Below, in pieces: positions 13,726 through 27,950 of a DNA stretch of 64,000 bases. Each line of letters starts with the position of its first letter. Positions within the stretch are counted from its first letter, which is position 1. This DNA is from Eledone cirrhosa. Its lineage: Eukaryota. The notes under the pieces were generated by a model that saw nothing but the letters and a program-made list of their open reading frames with translations, was not told the origin of the DNA and did no database searches. The stretch lies in the NCBI GenBank assembly GCA_964016885.1, contig OZ024741.1, forward strand, positions 379,998,001 through 380,062,000, read 5' to 3'. The position numbers and the translations under genes are program-made.

Positions 13726-13952
13726 TAAGATAGATTGAGGGGACGGGCGGGATGGAATTGGAAAAAAATGTCTTCAGATAAAAATAACAGATCCATTCAT
13801 ATTGACATATATATGTATATATATGTATGTATATATATATATGTGTGTGTGTGCGTGTGCGTGTGTAAGAGGAGGCTTAAATGAATACATATATAAGCAC
13901 GTGTGTGTATCTATAAGTGCGCATATATGCGTGTGTATGTATGTACACACAC

Positions 13953-14006
<54 letters not shown>

Positions 14007-14010
<4 letters not shown>

Positions 14011-16380
14011 GTGGTTACACAACAGTTAGTTCACCATACCGAGAACAATTTTTTCACCTTAGCGGATCTTGAGCTCGTAATGGCCATAGTTATACGGAAC
14101 AGGAAGGACAACCGTACCAAAGCCCATGCGCAGAAACCAGTCACTTCACACACGCAATACTAACATGCGTGCGAGGGGTGTAAGGGAGATTACTGCGAAA
14201 GTCCGAAAAGTTTATAGTTGATAAGAATATTATGATATTGTTGTAATGATTCAATACGGAGCTTTGTAATTATGCAAGAGGTGTTTTGAGACGTGTGAAC
14301 AGCGTGTGAAGAATTCATTTCTCGTGTTTAGGAAATCACTATTGCATAATCTCTTTAGAATATGTATTCGTTCATCTGCTTTTAGCTGATTCTTCACCAG
14401 GTGCGAGTTTGGCTTACTACCCTGTGAGCGCTCTCTATATCCTCGTGTTCTACACAATTTTGTGTCTCATCAACGTCAGTATGGATTTATACGAACTGGA
14501 TTACTCCCTGAAGAACATTCCAACTCACTCCAACTATGTTCACCAAAATCTTCTCCTACAAAAAGCGGAAGATGTCGTCAGACGTTTAAGATGGCGAGCC
14601 CTAGCTTTTGACGGCAAAATTACAGGCACCAATAACACCTTCAACCTGAAATCGAGAGCCTACCCTCCTAAGTTAACTGAACTTGCTCCTTATGAGAAGG
14701 ACCACGTTGACTTAGTCGCTAACATTTCCTTTCGCAAACACCCTAACACCTTTCAAACTAAACTCAGAAATGATATTGAGAAAATTAGGTCTTCTAATAA
14801 AACCTTCGTTCTTTCCGACAACACGAATAATATTTACGAAGTCGACAACGCCACTTTCCGCCACCTTGCTCATAACGCTATTACGTCCAAGTATAAGAAA
14901 GCTAACCCTATGGCCTACCACGACATTCATACAGAAGCCAAAGAACTTGCCGCCACCCTTAGGGTAATTAAGGAGCTACAATCTCTAGCTAAGCGGCGGG
15001 AGGCGTTCCTCACTCTGAAAGATCACAAGGTAGACTTTACTTCTAACCCCACATGTAGGCTAATTAACCCGGCGCCCACAGATATAGGACTAGAAAGTAA
15101 GGCTATACTTATAAACATAGTTAAGACCATTATGACCAAGTCCAACCTGCCCCAACGGGAGAACAGCGACTCTGTAATTAAGTAGTTTAACTCCTTAAAA
15201 TCCCAAAAAGCGAAGTTCACAGTTTGACATTGTCAATTTTTACCCGTCGATCTCAGAGACCCTGTTAAACAAAGCGTTGGACTTCGCTACCACTTACACC
15301 ACCGTCGATGGTTTAGACAGGGAAGTCATCGCTCACTGCCGGAAAACCCTCCTCTTCAACGATGGAGTGGCCTGGGCAAAGAAGTCTACAACTTCAGACC
15401 TCTTCGACGTCTCCATGTGATCGTTTGACAGTGCTGACGTATCCGAATTGGTTGGCCTATTTATTTTAGACATATTACGTGTTAGATTCACGGACTTCCA
15501 CACCGGAATATACCGCGACAATGGACTGACCTTATCGAGCCATAAAAGTGGTCACGACCTCGACCGGTTTAAAAAGACTTAGCTTCTAGCTTCAATGAGT
15601 TAGGACTTAGGATAACAGTAGCTACCACCGTCTCCAGCGTAGAGTTCTTAGACATTAATTTTGACCTTCGGACACACACCCACAAACCCTTCCATAAGCT
15701 AAATGAAAAACTCAACTACATGCCACCCTCCCACTTTTTTTAGAAACTTCGTAAATAATATAAGTACTAGAATCTCAAACCTCTCCTCTAATAAGGCTAT
15801 CTTTGAAAGGGCGGCACCCTACTGTAACACGGCGTTAGCTAACAGCGGATTCTCGAAACCTATCACTTACTCTCCCACTATCAAAAACGGCAATAAGAAA
15901 AGAAAGCGTAACAATAGACAAACTATATGGTTCTCTCCACCCTTCTCATACAACATTAAAACCAATGTAGGCAAGACATTTCTAGCCCTCTTAGATAGAC
16001 ACTTTCCCATAGGTCATAAATACCGCTCTATCTTTAACCGACACAAAGTAAAACTGGGATACGCCTGCTTGAAGAACATAAAGGCCCACATCAACAGCAG
16101 CCCTAGGAGCAACATACCACCAGGGTGCTCTTGCCGTAAGCCCGACGTGTGTCCCCTTCAACAGCAATGCAACACACACGCTGTAATTTATGAAGCTGTT
16201 GTCACTTCCAACCGACCAGACCAACCACAGGAGGTCAAATCCTATATGGGCATGGCGGACGGCCGTTCATTCACGAAACTCACGAGCCACGTATGGTCCC
16301 TCAAGGCCTCAAGTATAGACTACTCCATTCAATGGAAAGCCATCACTAAGTCCAAGCCATATGCAAGGGGAAATCCGTCG
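14007..16380 (+). mobile_element. Near full-length PLE, Naiad-like, pseudogenised, with an inverted 3' segment at 14007-14372
   Basis: From ATG 14481: YSLKNIP...KAEDVVRRLRWRA...FLTLKDHKVDFTSNPTCRLINPA; FDIVNFYPSISE; FDVSM*SFDSADVSELVG; GIYRDNGL; IWFSPPFSYNIKTNVGKTFL; CSCRKPDVCPLQQQC..AVIYEAVV..SYMGMA. Minus ORF 14251-14457 carries a C-terminal FLNTRNEFFTRCSH motif. Confidence 0.9.
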
Positions 16381-19300
16381 TATGGTCTTCTACTGTGTTG
16401 TTGTTCAGGTTATTTCTATGGTGGACATTATTACTTTGGTGTAATTTGAAGTACTTTTTAATATTTCACTTGTTGGTGCTGGCTATATGGTCTGCTATGT
16501 TAGGTCTTCTGGAGTTAGAGATTTTAATTGTGTTTTTGTTAAATAGGTTGTGGTATTTGTGGTCAGTTGGGAAGTGTTTTGTCTAGAGTAGAGAAGAAAG
16601 CTTTAGGTATGTTTGTTGATACATTTAAGTAGAACGGAGGATCAAACAATTCTTTTCTTCTATTCTTCTTATGGTTGTTATTCATACTACTGTTTAGTGT
16701 GGTGTTAGGTTCCTTCTTATCTATTGTTTTCTTTCTGTTATTTTTCTTAGGATTATTGCTGTGGTGTGATTTAACTTTTTTTATGCCATCTGTGTAGGAG
16801 TCATTAAAGGGGTATCTAATAGAATGTATAGTCTTTCTTACAACGAGAATACATTTCATAGTAACTCCCAATACAATAATGAAGCCTAAGCCCGTTCCGG
16901 CCATAGAGATAAAATTAAATTTGAACCTAAAACGTCAACCACCCACAGACAACCTAATATAATTTCACATAACATGGCCATGAATAACATTAAATATGAT
17001 CATAGTATTGAAAATCCTGACTTCTACACAGATGGCATCAATAAAGTTAAATCACACCACAGCAATAATCCTAAGAAAAACCACAGAAAGAAAAATATAG
17101 ATAAGAAGGAACCTAACACCACACTAAACAGTAGTATTAATAACAACCATAAGAGAATAGAAGAAGTAAATTTTGTAATCCTCCGTTCAACTTAAATGCA
17201 TCAACAAACATACCTAAAGCGTTCTTTACTCTAGACAAAAACTTCCCAACTAACCATAAATACCACAACCTATTTAACAAAAATACAATTAAAATATCCT
17301 ACTCCACAACACCTAACATAGCAACCATATAGCAAGCACCAACAAGAGAAATATTAAAAAGTACTTCAAATTACCCCAAAATAATAATGCCCAGCATAGA
17401 AATAACCTGAACAACAACACAATACAAGACCATACAGCAAATCACACTAATAATACCAATAATAATACTTACCATAATCATAACACTAGAAGTAGAAACA
17501 GAAACAACCACTCAAATGCACACCCCCTTAACCAGTATACGAGTCACCAAAACAATTGTAGACCTAACAAGACATGCCCATCAACTAAGAACTGCCTTAT
17601 TAAAGACATTGTCTACTCCGGTACTGTAACTGCAATCACATCTCGAAAGTATATATAGGCTCAAAATCGAATAACCTTAAGAGCAGATATAAGTCACACG
17701 TTCATTCGTTCAGCAACCCTAAACTTAGCAACGTGACCTCACTATCAACATACATGCACTCATTAAAATCAAGTAATATAACATAACACCTTAAAATGGG
17801 AAGTGATATCTAAGGCCCTTTCATATAGACCACCTAACAAATTTTGTAAACTTTGCATCCTCGAGTCTAGAAATATCATTCACTCTAAATATGGCCTGCT
17901 AAATAGGAAATCAGAGATCTTATCCACGTGTCCACATTACCATAGATTCTCGTTCCACTACTTCAATTCTAGTAACTAATGATAATAATAAAAATAAAAA
18001 TAAAGACCAATGTCGGAGATAACACTAGACCACCACCTTTTAACTTATCCAATTAGACCTTCATGAATATAGGACTTCACCTTCACTAAAAGACCACACT
18101 AACCTACATACAGTCAATAAACCCCTTGTTTGATCTCATACCTTATACAATTAAAATATTGAAATAATATAGACACTCTAATATACTCCCAATACACAAC
18201 ACCAACTAAATAGCAGACAACCGTGTATACAACCCCAATTACTCCAGTATATATCATGCAACTCACTATCCTGTCATAAAAAACTTCAACACTCTCTACA
18301 CAATATATATATATGTATATATATATATATATGTATGTGTGTGCGTGTGTGTGTATGTGTATATATATATACACATTCTCACCCATAAATATATACATTA
18401 TATTATATATACATATACTAAATATGTAAAAAATATCTAGTTATAATAAAATAATTAAAACAATGTTTAAAAGATAACAACTATATAACCAATAATATGT
18501 TATACACTCTACAAAGATTAATTTATAACACTACTACAATATTAAAACAACCCTTAATTTATCAACAACCTTAATTACCTCTCTTTGTTATTAACCGCCT
18601 TTACAACTTCCTGCGTAAACTTATAAAATTAGGCAAGCTAACGGTTTACCAACAGCCTAATAACGGTTAATACAAACCCTAGAAAAGATAATTTGTACAT
18701 AAAAAATGCATAAGATAATATACCTACATGAACAACATGGCCAGTAATTCGGTGGAATTTATAATTAACAAATAAACACCTATTGACTACAAACGACGCA
18801 AAATAATTCCATGGTTAATAGCTGTGAGATACAAACATAAACACATACATACGAACTACAACACAAAAATACTTGAATAAAAATCACATATCCATTGCAT
18901 TACACCTCACATAACAAACGCCTACATTATCACCACATGCTCTCTAACAAATTGCACACTATCTTAAACAGTTATAACAATTAAAACATGCTTTAACACC
19001 CCACACAAAATACGTTTATTTCAACTGCATTATAACTCTTTCCTCATACATGCCTTATTGACTGTATTGACTCCTGCATTGTACAACAATTTTCCTTGCT
19101 TGTAACTTTTTGCCTGTATTTTTTTGCTTGTGATTTTCACTTATACCTTTTACACTTCAACCGGTGCTGCCAGTAATGGTGTTCTCTCAAGCAGAACATA
19201 TTTTTGATTTCTGACTCCCCACATGATGCCTATGACTCTAATAACAATTATGTACCCTAAATGTTCAAAATGACTAGAATGTTAATCACATGTTTCGACA

Positions 19301-19425
19301 TTGTATATGCTCCGATGATTCCAGACTTCCCTCTCGAAGAACCAATTATCAGCAAATAAATGTTCTAAACTAAAATTTGATCATTTTAACATTTTGTATC
19401 TCGGCTCTGTAAAACACTTGAAAAT
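16378..19425 (+). mobile_element. Second PLE family: 3' ORF remnant plus long pLTR, with an inverted duplication (16378-16800 vs 17020-17435)
   Basis: FDPPFYLNVSTNIPKAF, CRPNKTCPSTKNCLIKDIVYSGTV, KVYIGS, KFCKLCILES, LLNRKSEILSTCPH. A hammerhead-like motif at 19308-19354 is followed by AATAAA and (TA)n. Confidence 0.85.
19308..19354 (+). ncRNA. Variant hammerhead-like motif with CCGATGA core
   Basis: tgct-CCGATGA-ttccaga(cttccc)tctcgaa-GAAC-caatta-TC-agca. Confidence 0.5.
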
Positions 19426-19871
19426 GTGTATATATATATATATATATATATTTAGGGAAGCAGAAAATTGCTTATTGTGATCCAGTTCGTGATTAAGAAA
19501 GCCAGTTACATGGATGGTTTCAACGTACGGTTAGGGCTAACTCCACAAGTTTGTAAGAATTCCGTTCAATCTTGGAGTATAAAGTATAAAAGAGAAAACA
19601 TAGGTAAGCATTAAGAGAAGGATTTTATCCAGGTATTTACGACTGTTTCATTGGTAAGTGGGATTAGAAAGTGAGGGGACAAACGGAATAGTATATAGAG
19701 AGAAGAAGGAGGAGAAGAGTTAGGAAGTAGAGTGACAAACTGAGATGGAGGGAGGGGTAGAGGTGTAAGGATTCCTCGATCAGTTTTGACACGTAGACTT
19801 CATATCGTCGATTGTAGTGAGTTAAAGGGAATTATATTGATCATAGTGGGAGGGATCGAGAGAGAGAGAGT

Positions 19872-19926
<55 letters not shown>

Positions 19927-20255
19927 AGAGATAAATATACTTATATAAAATAAAGATAAAAATAATAATGATAAAAATAAAAGTAAAGAAAGGGAGAGAA
20001 AGAAGAAAAGAAAAGATAGCCAAAAAGGGGAGGGAAGAAAGGAAGAAATAGAAGAAATAGAAGGGGAATGAAGGAGAAGGGAGGGATATAGGTATTGATT
20101 TTTGTGGGTTAGATACAATAAGAGGTTATAAAGTCTAAGTATATGCAGTTTATCAGTTGGTAGTAAGAGGATTCGATTTACGCTTGTAGTGCGAACACTT
20201 TTCTTTGAGTCTATGGTTACAATAAATTGATTTTTCGATTTTACTGTTGAGTAAC

Positions 20256-21832
20256 TTATTCTTCGAACTCAAAATGTGGGACAGGGGTTAGGGTTTGTGG
20301 TGATGTGGTTGGTGATTCTGGTGTAGATGGTGGCATAGCTGGCCTAACTGTTTTGTTTGAATGTTTATTTGTTTCCCTCTGTATTTTGTTTTTCGAGGAG
20401 GAAGGAAGGGGATTTTTTCCTTTTTTGCCTTCTTTTTTTTTTTTTTTCCTTATACCGGTTCCCACTCCTCGTCGTCACAACCTGTCTCCAGTTGCGATAG
20501 GTCGGGGAGTGGAAAATCCTCCACAGGCGTTGGTTTTGGTTGTGGCGTGGTGGATGGTGGAGGCGCTGGTGCTAGTTCTGGCGCGTTGGGTGGTGGTGGT
20601 GTTGTTTTTGCTACTGTTGCTGGGGTTGTTGCTGCAACAATTGCTTCTGTTGTTGCTGCTACAGTTGTTGCTGCCATTTCTGCTGCTGGTGGTGTTGATG
20701 GTTGAGTCACTAGTGTGGTTAAGAGAGGTGGCCTCAACATTTTAGCCTGAGGGCTAAAAGCCATTAGGTGGGTTCCTTCACCACAAACGACACACCTAGG
20801 CCTTCTACCCTCGACGAATACGGTGAGGTCGCTGCCGTCAGTGAGGTCTATTATCATATTATCATGGAGTGCTCTCTGGCCTCCTGTGGTGTTCCAAAGA
20901 AGACGTCCACGGATACATATTTCTGCCCACGTCTTACGTGGGATTTTTTCGCCCACACATATCCCAAAGCGTTTTGGATTTGGGACTCGGATGCCCGTTC
21001 CACTCGGCGCAATTTTGTGTAAATCGTGCAATAAGACACGGTTAATAGGCGCCGATGCTCCATTTTATTAGGTGTGTTGGTGTTGGGATGGGGGGGTCTG
21101 ACCCTGTACCCATCTTTGTTTACCATTCTCTTGGCTTCATTTACTTCCTCCTGAGTTACCCCGATTGTTTCGTATTTTTTGACTGCTTTGGCAAATGACA
21201 CATTTGCGGTGGTGTTGATGTTTTTGTTGTTATTCTCATTGTTGTTGTTGCTGTTGTTGTTATTGTTATTTTTGTTATTGTTATTTTTGGTTTCAGTTGT
21301 GGTGGTGGTGGCGTCAGTGGTGTTCGGTTTGGAAGATTTGATTCTGTGTGAATCCATTTCCATGTCACGAGATAATAATTTACTTTTTTCTTTTGTTTCT
21401 GTAGTCGCTGTGGTGGTGGTGGTAGGAGTGGCGGTTTTAACACCTGCAGTTTTTGGTAATGTCGGGAAACGTATGCCTGCATGAGACAAATTTAAATTAT
21501 TGCCACTGCTTATATATGTAGTGTTGGCAAACGTAGTAATATTTGCAATTGTGATGTTGGTGTGGGGTGTTAGTTTGTGAGGAAGGCTGTCAGGTTGGTG
21601 TAGCTTTGAGTCGTCCATGATTTTTTCAAAGAAATTTTATGTTTGATAATTATAAAAGTTTAAATTTTGGGCTCAAGACCCCAATCTGTTTGAGTGACGT
21701 TTTCCGAAAGCAATGTATGTGACCTTATAAATACTTAACAACAAAAAGTTTCAATAAATGGCAATTTGAAACAACTGAAAACAACAAACCTTTGCGGAGC
21801 TCACGATAGTACGATTTCCTACATAGGTCGCC
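20256..21832 (-). mobile_element. Tx1/L1-like element 5' part (5'UTR plus ORF1 only), abutting (AAT)n
   Basis: ORF1 remnants homologous to the 43-44 kb and 61-62 kb copies: SFAKAVKKYE, RRVERASESQIQNALGYVW, VEGRRPRCVVCGEGTHLMAFS (degenerate CCHC), Thr/Pro-rich tail. The 5' end is flush with AAT repeats at 21833. Confidence 0.75.
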
Positions 21833-21885
<53 letters not shown>

Positions 21886-21892
21886 AGACCTA

Positions 21893-23476
21893 GTGAGAGC
21901 GAAAAGTGAGAGCAGGATACAAGTTGGGAAGGGGAGAGCTTACTATCAATCACCTCCTCTTCATGGACGATCTTAAGCTCTTCGGGAAAAGTGAGAAGGA
22001 GTTGGATGTGCTTGTTGACACTGTCCGTATTTTCAGCAGTGATATATGTATGCAGTTTGGTATTGGTAAATGTGGAGTCATTGTGATGAAGAGGGCAGGT
22101 TGAGCAGAAGTAACGGGATCCAGATACCAACAGGTGAGATGATAAAGGAAATTTACTCTGAGGAAGGATACAAGTATTTGGGCGTTCTGGAGGCTGATGG
22201 CATAAACAACAAAAAAATGAAGGAATTGTTAAGAACTGAATACATTCGGAGAGTAAGGAGCGTATTGAAGTCACATCTGAACAGCAGAAATGCCATAAGT
22301 GCAGTAAATTCCCGAGCTGTGTCTATTATTAGGTACAGTGCGGGAATTCTGAGATGGAATGTTGCTGAACAGAAAGAAATGGATAGGAAGACTAGGAAGC
22401 TATTGACTATCTACAACATGTTCCACAAGAGGAGTGATGTCGATAGACTCTACCTAAGGAGATCTGAGGGTGGAAGAGGTCTTATCAGCATAGAGGACTG
22501 TGTTCAGATGGAGAAAAACAACCTATACAAATACGTGACCTATAGTAAGGAGCCAATGCTCAGAGCTGTACTGAAGGAGGGGACAGTAGGCCAGGGGATG
22601 TCCAGGGAGGAAATAACATCAAGGAGGAAGAGCAGCCTTAAGGGAAAACCCCTTCATAGTACCTTCTTTGAGAAAACTGAATTTAGAGATCCACAGACAT
22701 GGAACTGGTTGAGAAGAGGAGACCTCAAAAAGGCTACAGAAGGAATGCTAATGGCTGCGCAGGAGCAGGCCCTCAAAACGAAGTGGTTGAAGCACCATAT
22801 CTACAAGGAGGAGGCCAGCCCACTGTGCAGGATCTGTGGAGAGAGAGAGAGAGGAGACTGTGGCTCACATTGTGTCCGAGTGTAAACACCTAGCCCAGAC
22901 CCACTATAAGGGCTGGAGACACGATGTGATGGGCAGGGTGATCCACTGGCACCTGTGCAAAGTAAACAATCTACCACATTCTGAGAAATGGTATGAGCAT
23001 AGGCCAGAGGCGGTGATGGAGAACAATCAGGTGAAGGTGTTGTGGGATTTTAGGATACAGACGGACAAAAAACTGGAACACAATAGACCTGACCTGGTGG
23101 TTGTGGACAAAGAAAAAAGATCGCGCCTGATTGTGGATGTGGCCTGCCCGTTCGACACGAGAGTGCAAGAGAAGGAGAGGGAGAAAATTAACCGATACCA
23201 GGACCTAAAGTGGGAGGTGAAAAGGATTTGGAACTGCCATGAAGTCAAAGTGATCCCGATTGTCATAGGCGCACTGGGGACTATCTCCAAAAGTTTCCAG
23301 GGATGGTTAAAGAAAATCGGCCCCTTCACGCTTTTTGGAACGCTTCAAAAGGCATGCTTGCTTGGAACAGCAAGAACCCTCGGATACGTCCTGAATATCT
23401 GAGGCTGCAGGTAGTGGCTTGATATTCAATCCAACGGACTTTCCAGTTAACCAACATCAATGACTGAGATTCAAGG
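21893..23476 (+). mobile_element. R4/Dong-like non-LTR element, family B, 5'-truncated
   Basis: HLLFMDDLKLF; YKYLGVLE; CRICGE..ETVAHIVSEC (CCHC); RHD; NRPDLVVVD..IVDVACPFD..KINRYQDL (restriction-like endonuclease). The sequence aataaagaccta is repeated at 21881-21892 and 23489-23500. A GA slippage frameshift lies near 22840. Confidence 0.92.
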
Positions 23477-23488
23477 AATAACAATAAC

Positions 23489-23800
23489 AATAAAGACCTA
23501 TGTCGGAGTTAACACCAGACCACCACCTTTTTAAATTTATCCAATTAGAAGTTCATGAATATAAGGACTACACCTTAATTGAAAGACCACACTAACCTAC
23601 ATACTGTCAATAAATCCCTTGTTTTATCTCTTACCTTATACAAGTACAATATTTAAATAATATAGACACTCTAATACCTCTCAATATACAACACCAACTA
23701 AATACCAGACAACTGTGTATATAACACCAATTATTCTAGTATATATTATGCAACTCACTATTCTGCCATAAAAAAACTTCACCTCTCTCTGCGCAATCTG

Positions 23801-23832
<32 letters not shown>

Positions 23833-24907
23833 CATACATATATATATATATACATTCACCCACATATAGGAATACCTTATATTATATATACATGTATTAA
23901 CTATATAAAAACAATCTAGTTATAATAATTAATAAAGAAAATGTGTTTAACTCCCTCCACACAAGTTGAAAAGATAACACTTATATAAACAATAATATTT
24001 TATATGCTCTATAAAGATTAATTTATAACACTACTACAACATTAAAACAACCCTTAATTTATCAACAAGCTTAATTACCTTCCTTTGTTATTAACCCCCC
24101 TTTACAACTTCCTGTGTAAACTCTTAGAATTAAGTAACCTAACAGTTTACCAACAGCTTAATAAAAGTTAATCCAACCGTAGGAGAGATAATTTGTAGAT
24201 AAAAAATGCATAAGATAATATACCTACAAGAACAACAAGGCCAGTAATTCGGTGGAATTTAAATTTAACAAACAAAGACCTATTGACTATAAACGACTCA
24301 AAGTAATCCAAGGGTTAATAGCTGTGAGTAACAAACAACATATACACATACATATGAACTACAACACAAACACACTTAAATGAAAATCACATATCCAACT
24401 CTATTACGTGCTTTGTATTACACCTTACATAACAAATACCTACATTATCACCACATGCCTCTCTAACAAATTGCACACTATCTTAAACATTTATAACAAT
24501 TAAAACATGCTTTGACAACACACACAAAATATTTTTATTTCAACTGCATTATAACTCTTTCCTCATACATGGCTTATTGACTGCATCGTACACCAATTTT
24601 CCTAGCTTACAACTATTTTTCCTGTATTTCTTTGCTTGTAATTTTTACTTATACCTCTTACACTTTCCACCAGCGGTGCCTGTAATTGTGTTCTTCCAAG
24701 ATGAACATCTTTTTAACTCCTGATTCTCCACATGATGCCTATGACACTAACAAGAAAATTATGTACCCTAAATGTTCTAAATTACTAGGATGTTAGTAAC
24801 ATGTTTCGTAATTTCTTATGCTCCGATGGGGCCAGACTTCCCTCTGGAAGAAACAATCGTCAGCAAATAAATGTTCTAAACTAAAATTTGATCGTTTTAA
24901 CACTTTG

Positions 24908-24908
<1 letters not shown>
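23489..24908 (+). mobile_element. Second copy of the PLE pLTR/3' region seen at ~17998-19410
   Basis: Colinear diverged direct repeat of ~1.4 kb. Includes the hammerhead-like motif 24819-24865: tgct-CCGATGG-ggccaga(cttccc)tctggaa-GAAA-caatcg-TC-agca. Confidence 0.88.
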
Positions 24909-24963
<55 letters not shown>

Positions 24964-25859
24964 ATACACACACACACACACATACATACATACATACATA
25001 CATACACATATGTATATATATATATATATATATGTATACACACACGCACACACACATATATATATATATATATATTTATATATACACCATTATTACAGAA
25101 ACAAATTTTATTAATTATTTATTCCAGTACGTTTGGAGGATTTAGAAGTGTCAAATGACAAGGTGGAATAGAATATAGTCTGTTATTTAGCACTAGTAGT
25201 GATTGTAAATTCTCGTTTTGCATTAAACACTACTCAGCTGCAATATTTTGTAAATATGCCAGCCGTTAGAATTAGAAATCAAAATTATTAAGATTTTACA
25301 ATTAATGGTCTTCTTAATTGTATATAAATCACGTATCATATTCTCTTTATTATAAAGTCAATTTATCACAATGATCTTCCATCTGATAACGCATACTTTC
25401 GGAAATTCCAATTATAAATGGTCAACTTTGTAACATTTTATCATTTGCCAAAGCATGAAGAAATTAAAGTACATTTCCGTCAAGTTACCATCGAAAATAT
25501 ATTTCTGTTGCTGATGTTACTGTAGCGTCTAAGTCTTCAAGATGGTTAGTTAGGTCTCAGCTTTCGATCAAATCTATTCTAGCAATTCGCACACCACACT
25601 ACTCAAAATGGCCCTATACTCACTCCCACTATATCTAGCATTTTGACAATTCAATCTGACTCATACAAACACTGAGGCCCCCACATTACAACCATTCCAG
25701 AAAAGAATCAACGGAGTTTATCTGAACGGCCCCAGAGGGTAGTGATTCGTTATGGGTATCACAACAAATTTAAAACTAAATATCAGCACTTTTCACAATA
25801 TAACTTTAATTAGAATAAATGTTGATTAGAATTTCTATAATGTATGAGAATACAATCGC

Positions 25860-27950
25860 AGAACATATTTTACGGGCAAGCTAACCCTGAATGAGACCCA
25901 GAGGCAGCCCACTGACAATATGTTTGAATGAAATTCATAATTTGTTTGATCTCCATCGAGGATCTAGATGGATCATATAAAGAAGGATGCTTCTGGTAAG
26001 ATCCTCTGGAAGCCATGTCTGAGGAATCTACCTCCATGACTCTTTCAAGAAAAAGTATTGGGTATTCTTGTATAGTTTCTATGTTCTTCATTTGAATGTT
26101 GTGGCGCCCTCGCTAATCTTTCCGGATTGTACATACACGTACTAGTCATTGTTTGACCATTGTTCCGTTATTTCACCATCTAGTAACTTGTTTTCAAAGT
26201 GTTTAGCTACTTCTAGTGGTATAACATCAGGTGTAAATATCTTGCCTTCTTTTATTTCCTTGTTTACCAATTGATTGTCATCTATCAGCGAGTCATCTGA
26301 TATCCTCCTGCCTTGCAACAATGGTGTTATGCTTTCATCACCTTCTACAATCGATTGATTTTGTCATCTTTGCTCTTGACTTTGCCCTTACTCCGCTATT
26401 TCATTAACTAAGTTCCAGCATTCTTTGGAATTAGGTGTATCAGCTGCCTTCACATCTTGTATACTGTTTTGAGATTCTTCTTTCATAACGGTACCATACC
26501 TATTCGGGAGTTTACTCTTGTCTTTTTGCACTTACGCTATCTTCATTTCCGTTACTCTTTGGTTGTTGCTGGTAAAACTCACAGACTTTTTCCTTTGCCC
26601 CCAATTCTCGGGTCGTTCGACACATTCCTTTTTCTATTCCACTTCTTTTGATGTTTTTCTTTTCTTTCCTCATTGGGCCTTATCAGGTTTGCATAGATCT
26701 AAGTAATTATATCATTGTACATAAACATGGCTTCAAATCGGTTTTCCACAGCCACATATAGTGCTTATATATCGTTTATTTTTGAACGCTGGTAATTTGT
26801 TCTGTGTGATACGGCCCTGCTCGTTCAAAAACAATTTATTCTTGCTGTTACGATTTAATAATCTAAACTAACTCTTCTGAATGCCTTCTACTAGTATTAG
26901 TCATTTACGTAGTTCTTCCCTTATCTACCATGATGTAACCAATTTTGGTTTTATTTCCAGTCATGTCTGATATGTATGTTCTCAGTTTTGCTGCTTTCTT
27001 TTACAAATGCGCACCTGCTACAAACACGTATTTCTTGAATACAGTTGGTACACAGTCTACCATTGGAGTTGCAATTACCATGGTGTGAAACATAGCAACA
27101 ATTTTGTTTTAACAATCAGCATATTTTGTCTGGGTATTTACTTTATTGTTGCAGTTAATTGCTCGTATAATCTTCAACTTCCACATCTTCTTTTACTTGG
27201 GTGTGGTACACAATAATAGGCAATGATGTGTTAGCCACTTCTGAAAGTATAACTGTTGCTATTTTGTTGACTATTATGCCAACGCCTCCTGATGCTATAT
27301 TTCTACTATTTCTCCATATTGATTATATCATACATTCACTCTCGTCAACCGTTGAATACCCATTTTCCCCATCCGTATGTATAATTGTGTAATCTTCAAT
27401 GTCCCAGTATTGAAATGGATTGCGTCTGGAAGCGGTGTATTGGTCCTCTTCTCCTGCCTTCAGGTCTCAATATTCTTGTTAAATGCTACCACATGAGTAT
27501 AATTCTTGCAGCTCAGCAGTCTGACATTATTGTTGGTATTTCTATTACGGATGTCTCTTTCTTTCAGGTTTGGGGGTATTTCGTCTTCCCTCTCTCTTTG
27601 AGCAATGGAAATCATGGCATGCATCGGACAATTTGTACCAGGGCCACCCCTAGGAGTATTCGATATGACTTCCTTCATTTCAGTTTCTATTGGTATAAAC
27701 TATCGGGAGTCGCCCCGGCACCCGCAGCCCATGGTATTTCGCTAACTGGAATGGTTTTTCTTTCCCATTGTGGATATAGATCAATCGTCCGTGAGACCAC
27801 TGCATCGGAAATAGCATATATTATGTGGAAGATTATGAATAACTTCTTACTCTAAAATGTGCTCATTTTAGCATGGATACATTTTATCACGTGTCTACAT
27901 GATTAAGACTGTCATTGGGTGGACGAGGAGAGAACCATATCTAAGGTCTA
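25860..27950 (-). mobile_element. Old, degraded AP-endonuclease/RT LINE (RTE-like)
   Basis: Minus-strand remnants: NVRLLSC (EN start), SGGVGIIVN (~27270-27295), VAVENRFEAM (~26730-26755), KEIKEGKIFTPDVIPLEV (cf. GKAPGPDGIP.E). Many stops and frameshifts. Confidence 0.55.

Noticed and set aside
15410-15425. In-frame TGA in the Naiad-like ORF as possible selenocysteine
   Set aside because: It replaces the Gly of the MGS motif, not a Cys. The ORF has other stops and frameshifts, the zinc-binding Cys codons are TGY, and no SECIS was recognised.
19625-19790. Minus-strand GAAACAGTCGTA half hammerhead
   Set aside because: No matching CUGANGA box with stem II at a usable distance.
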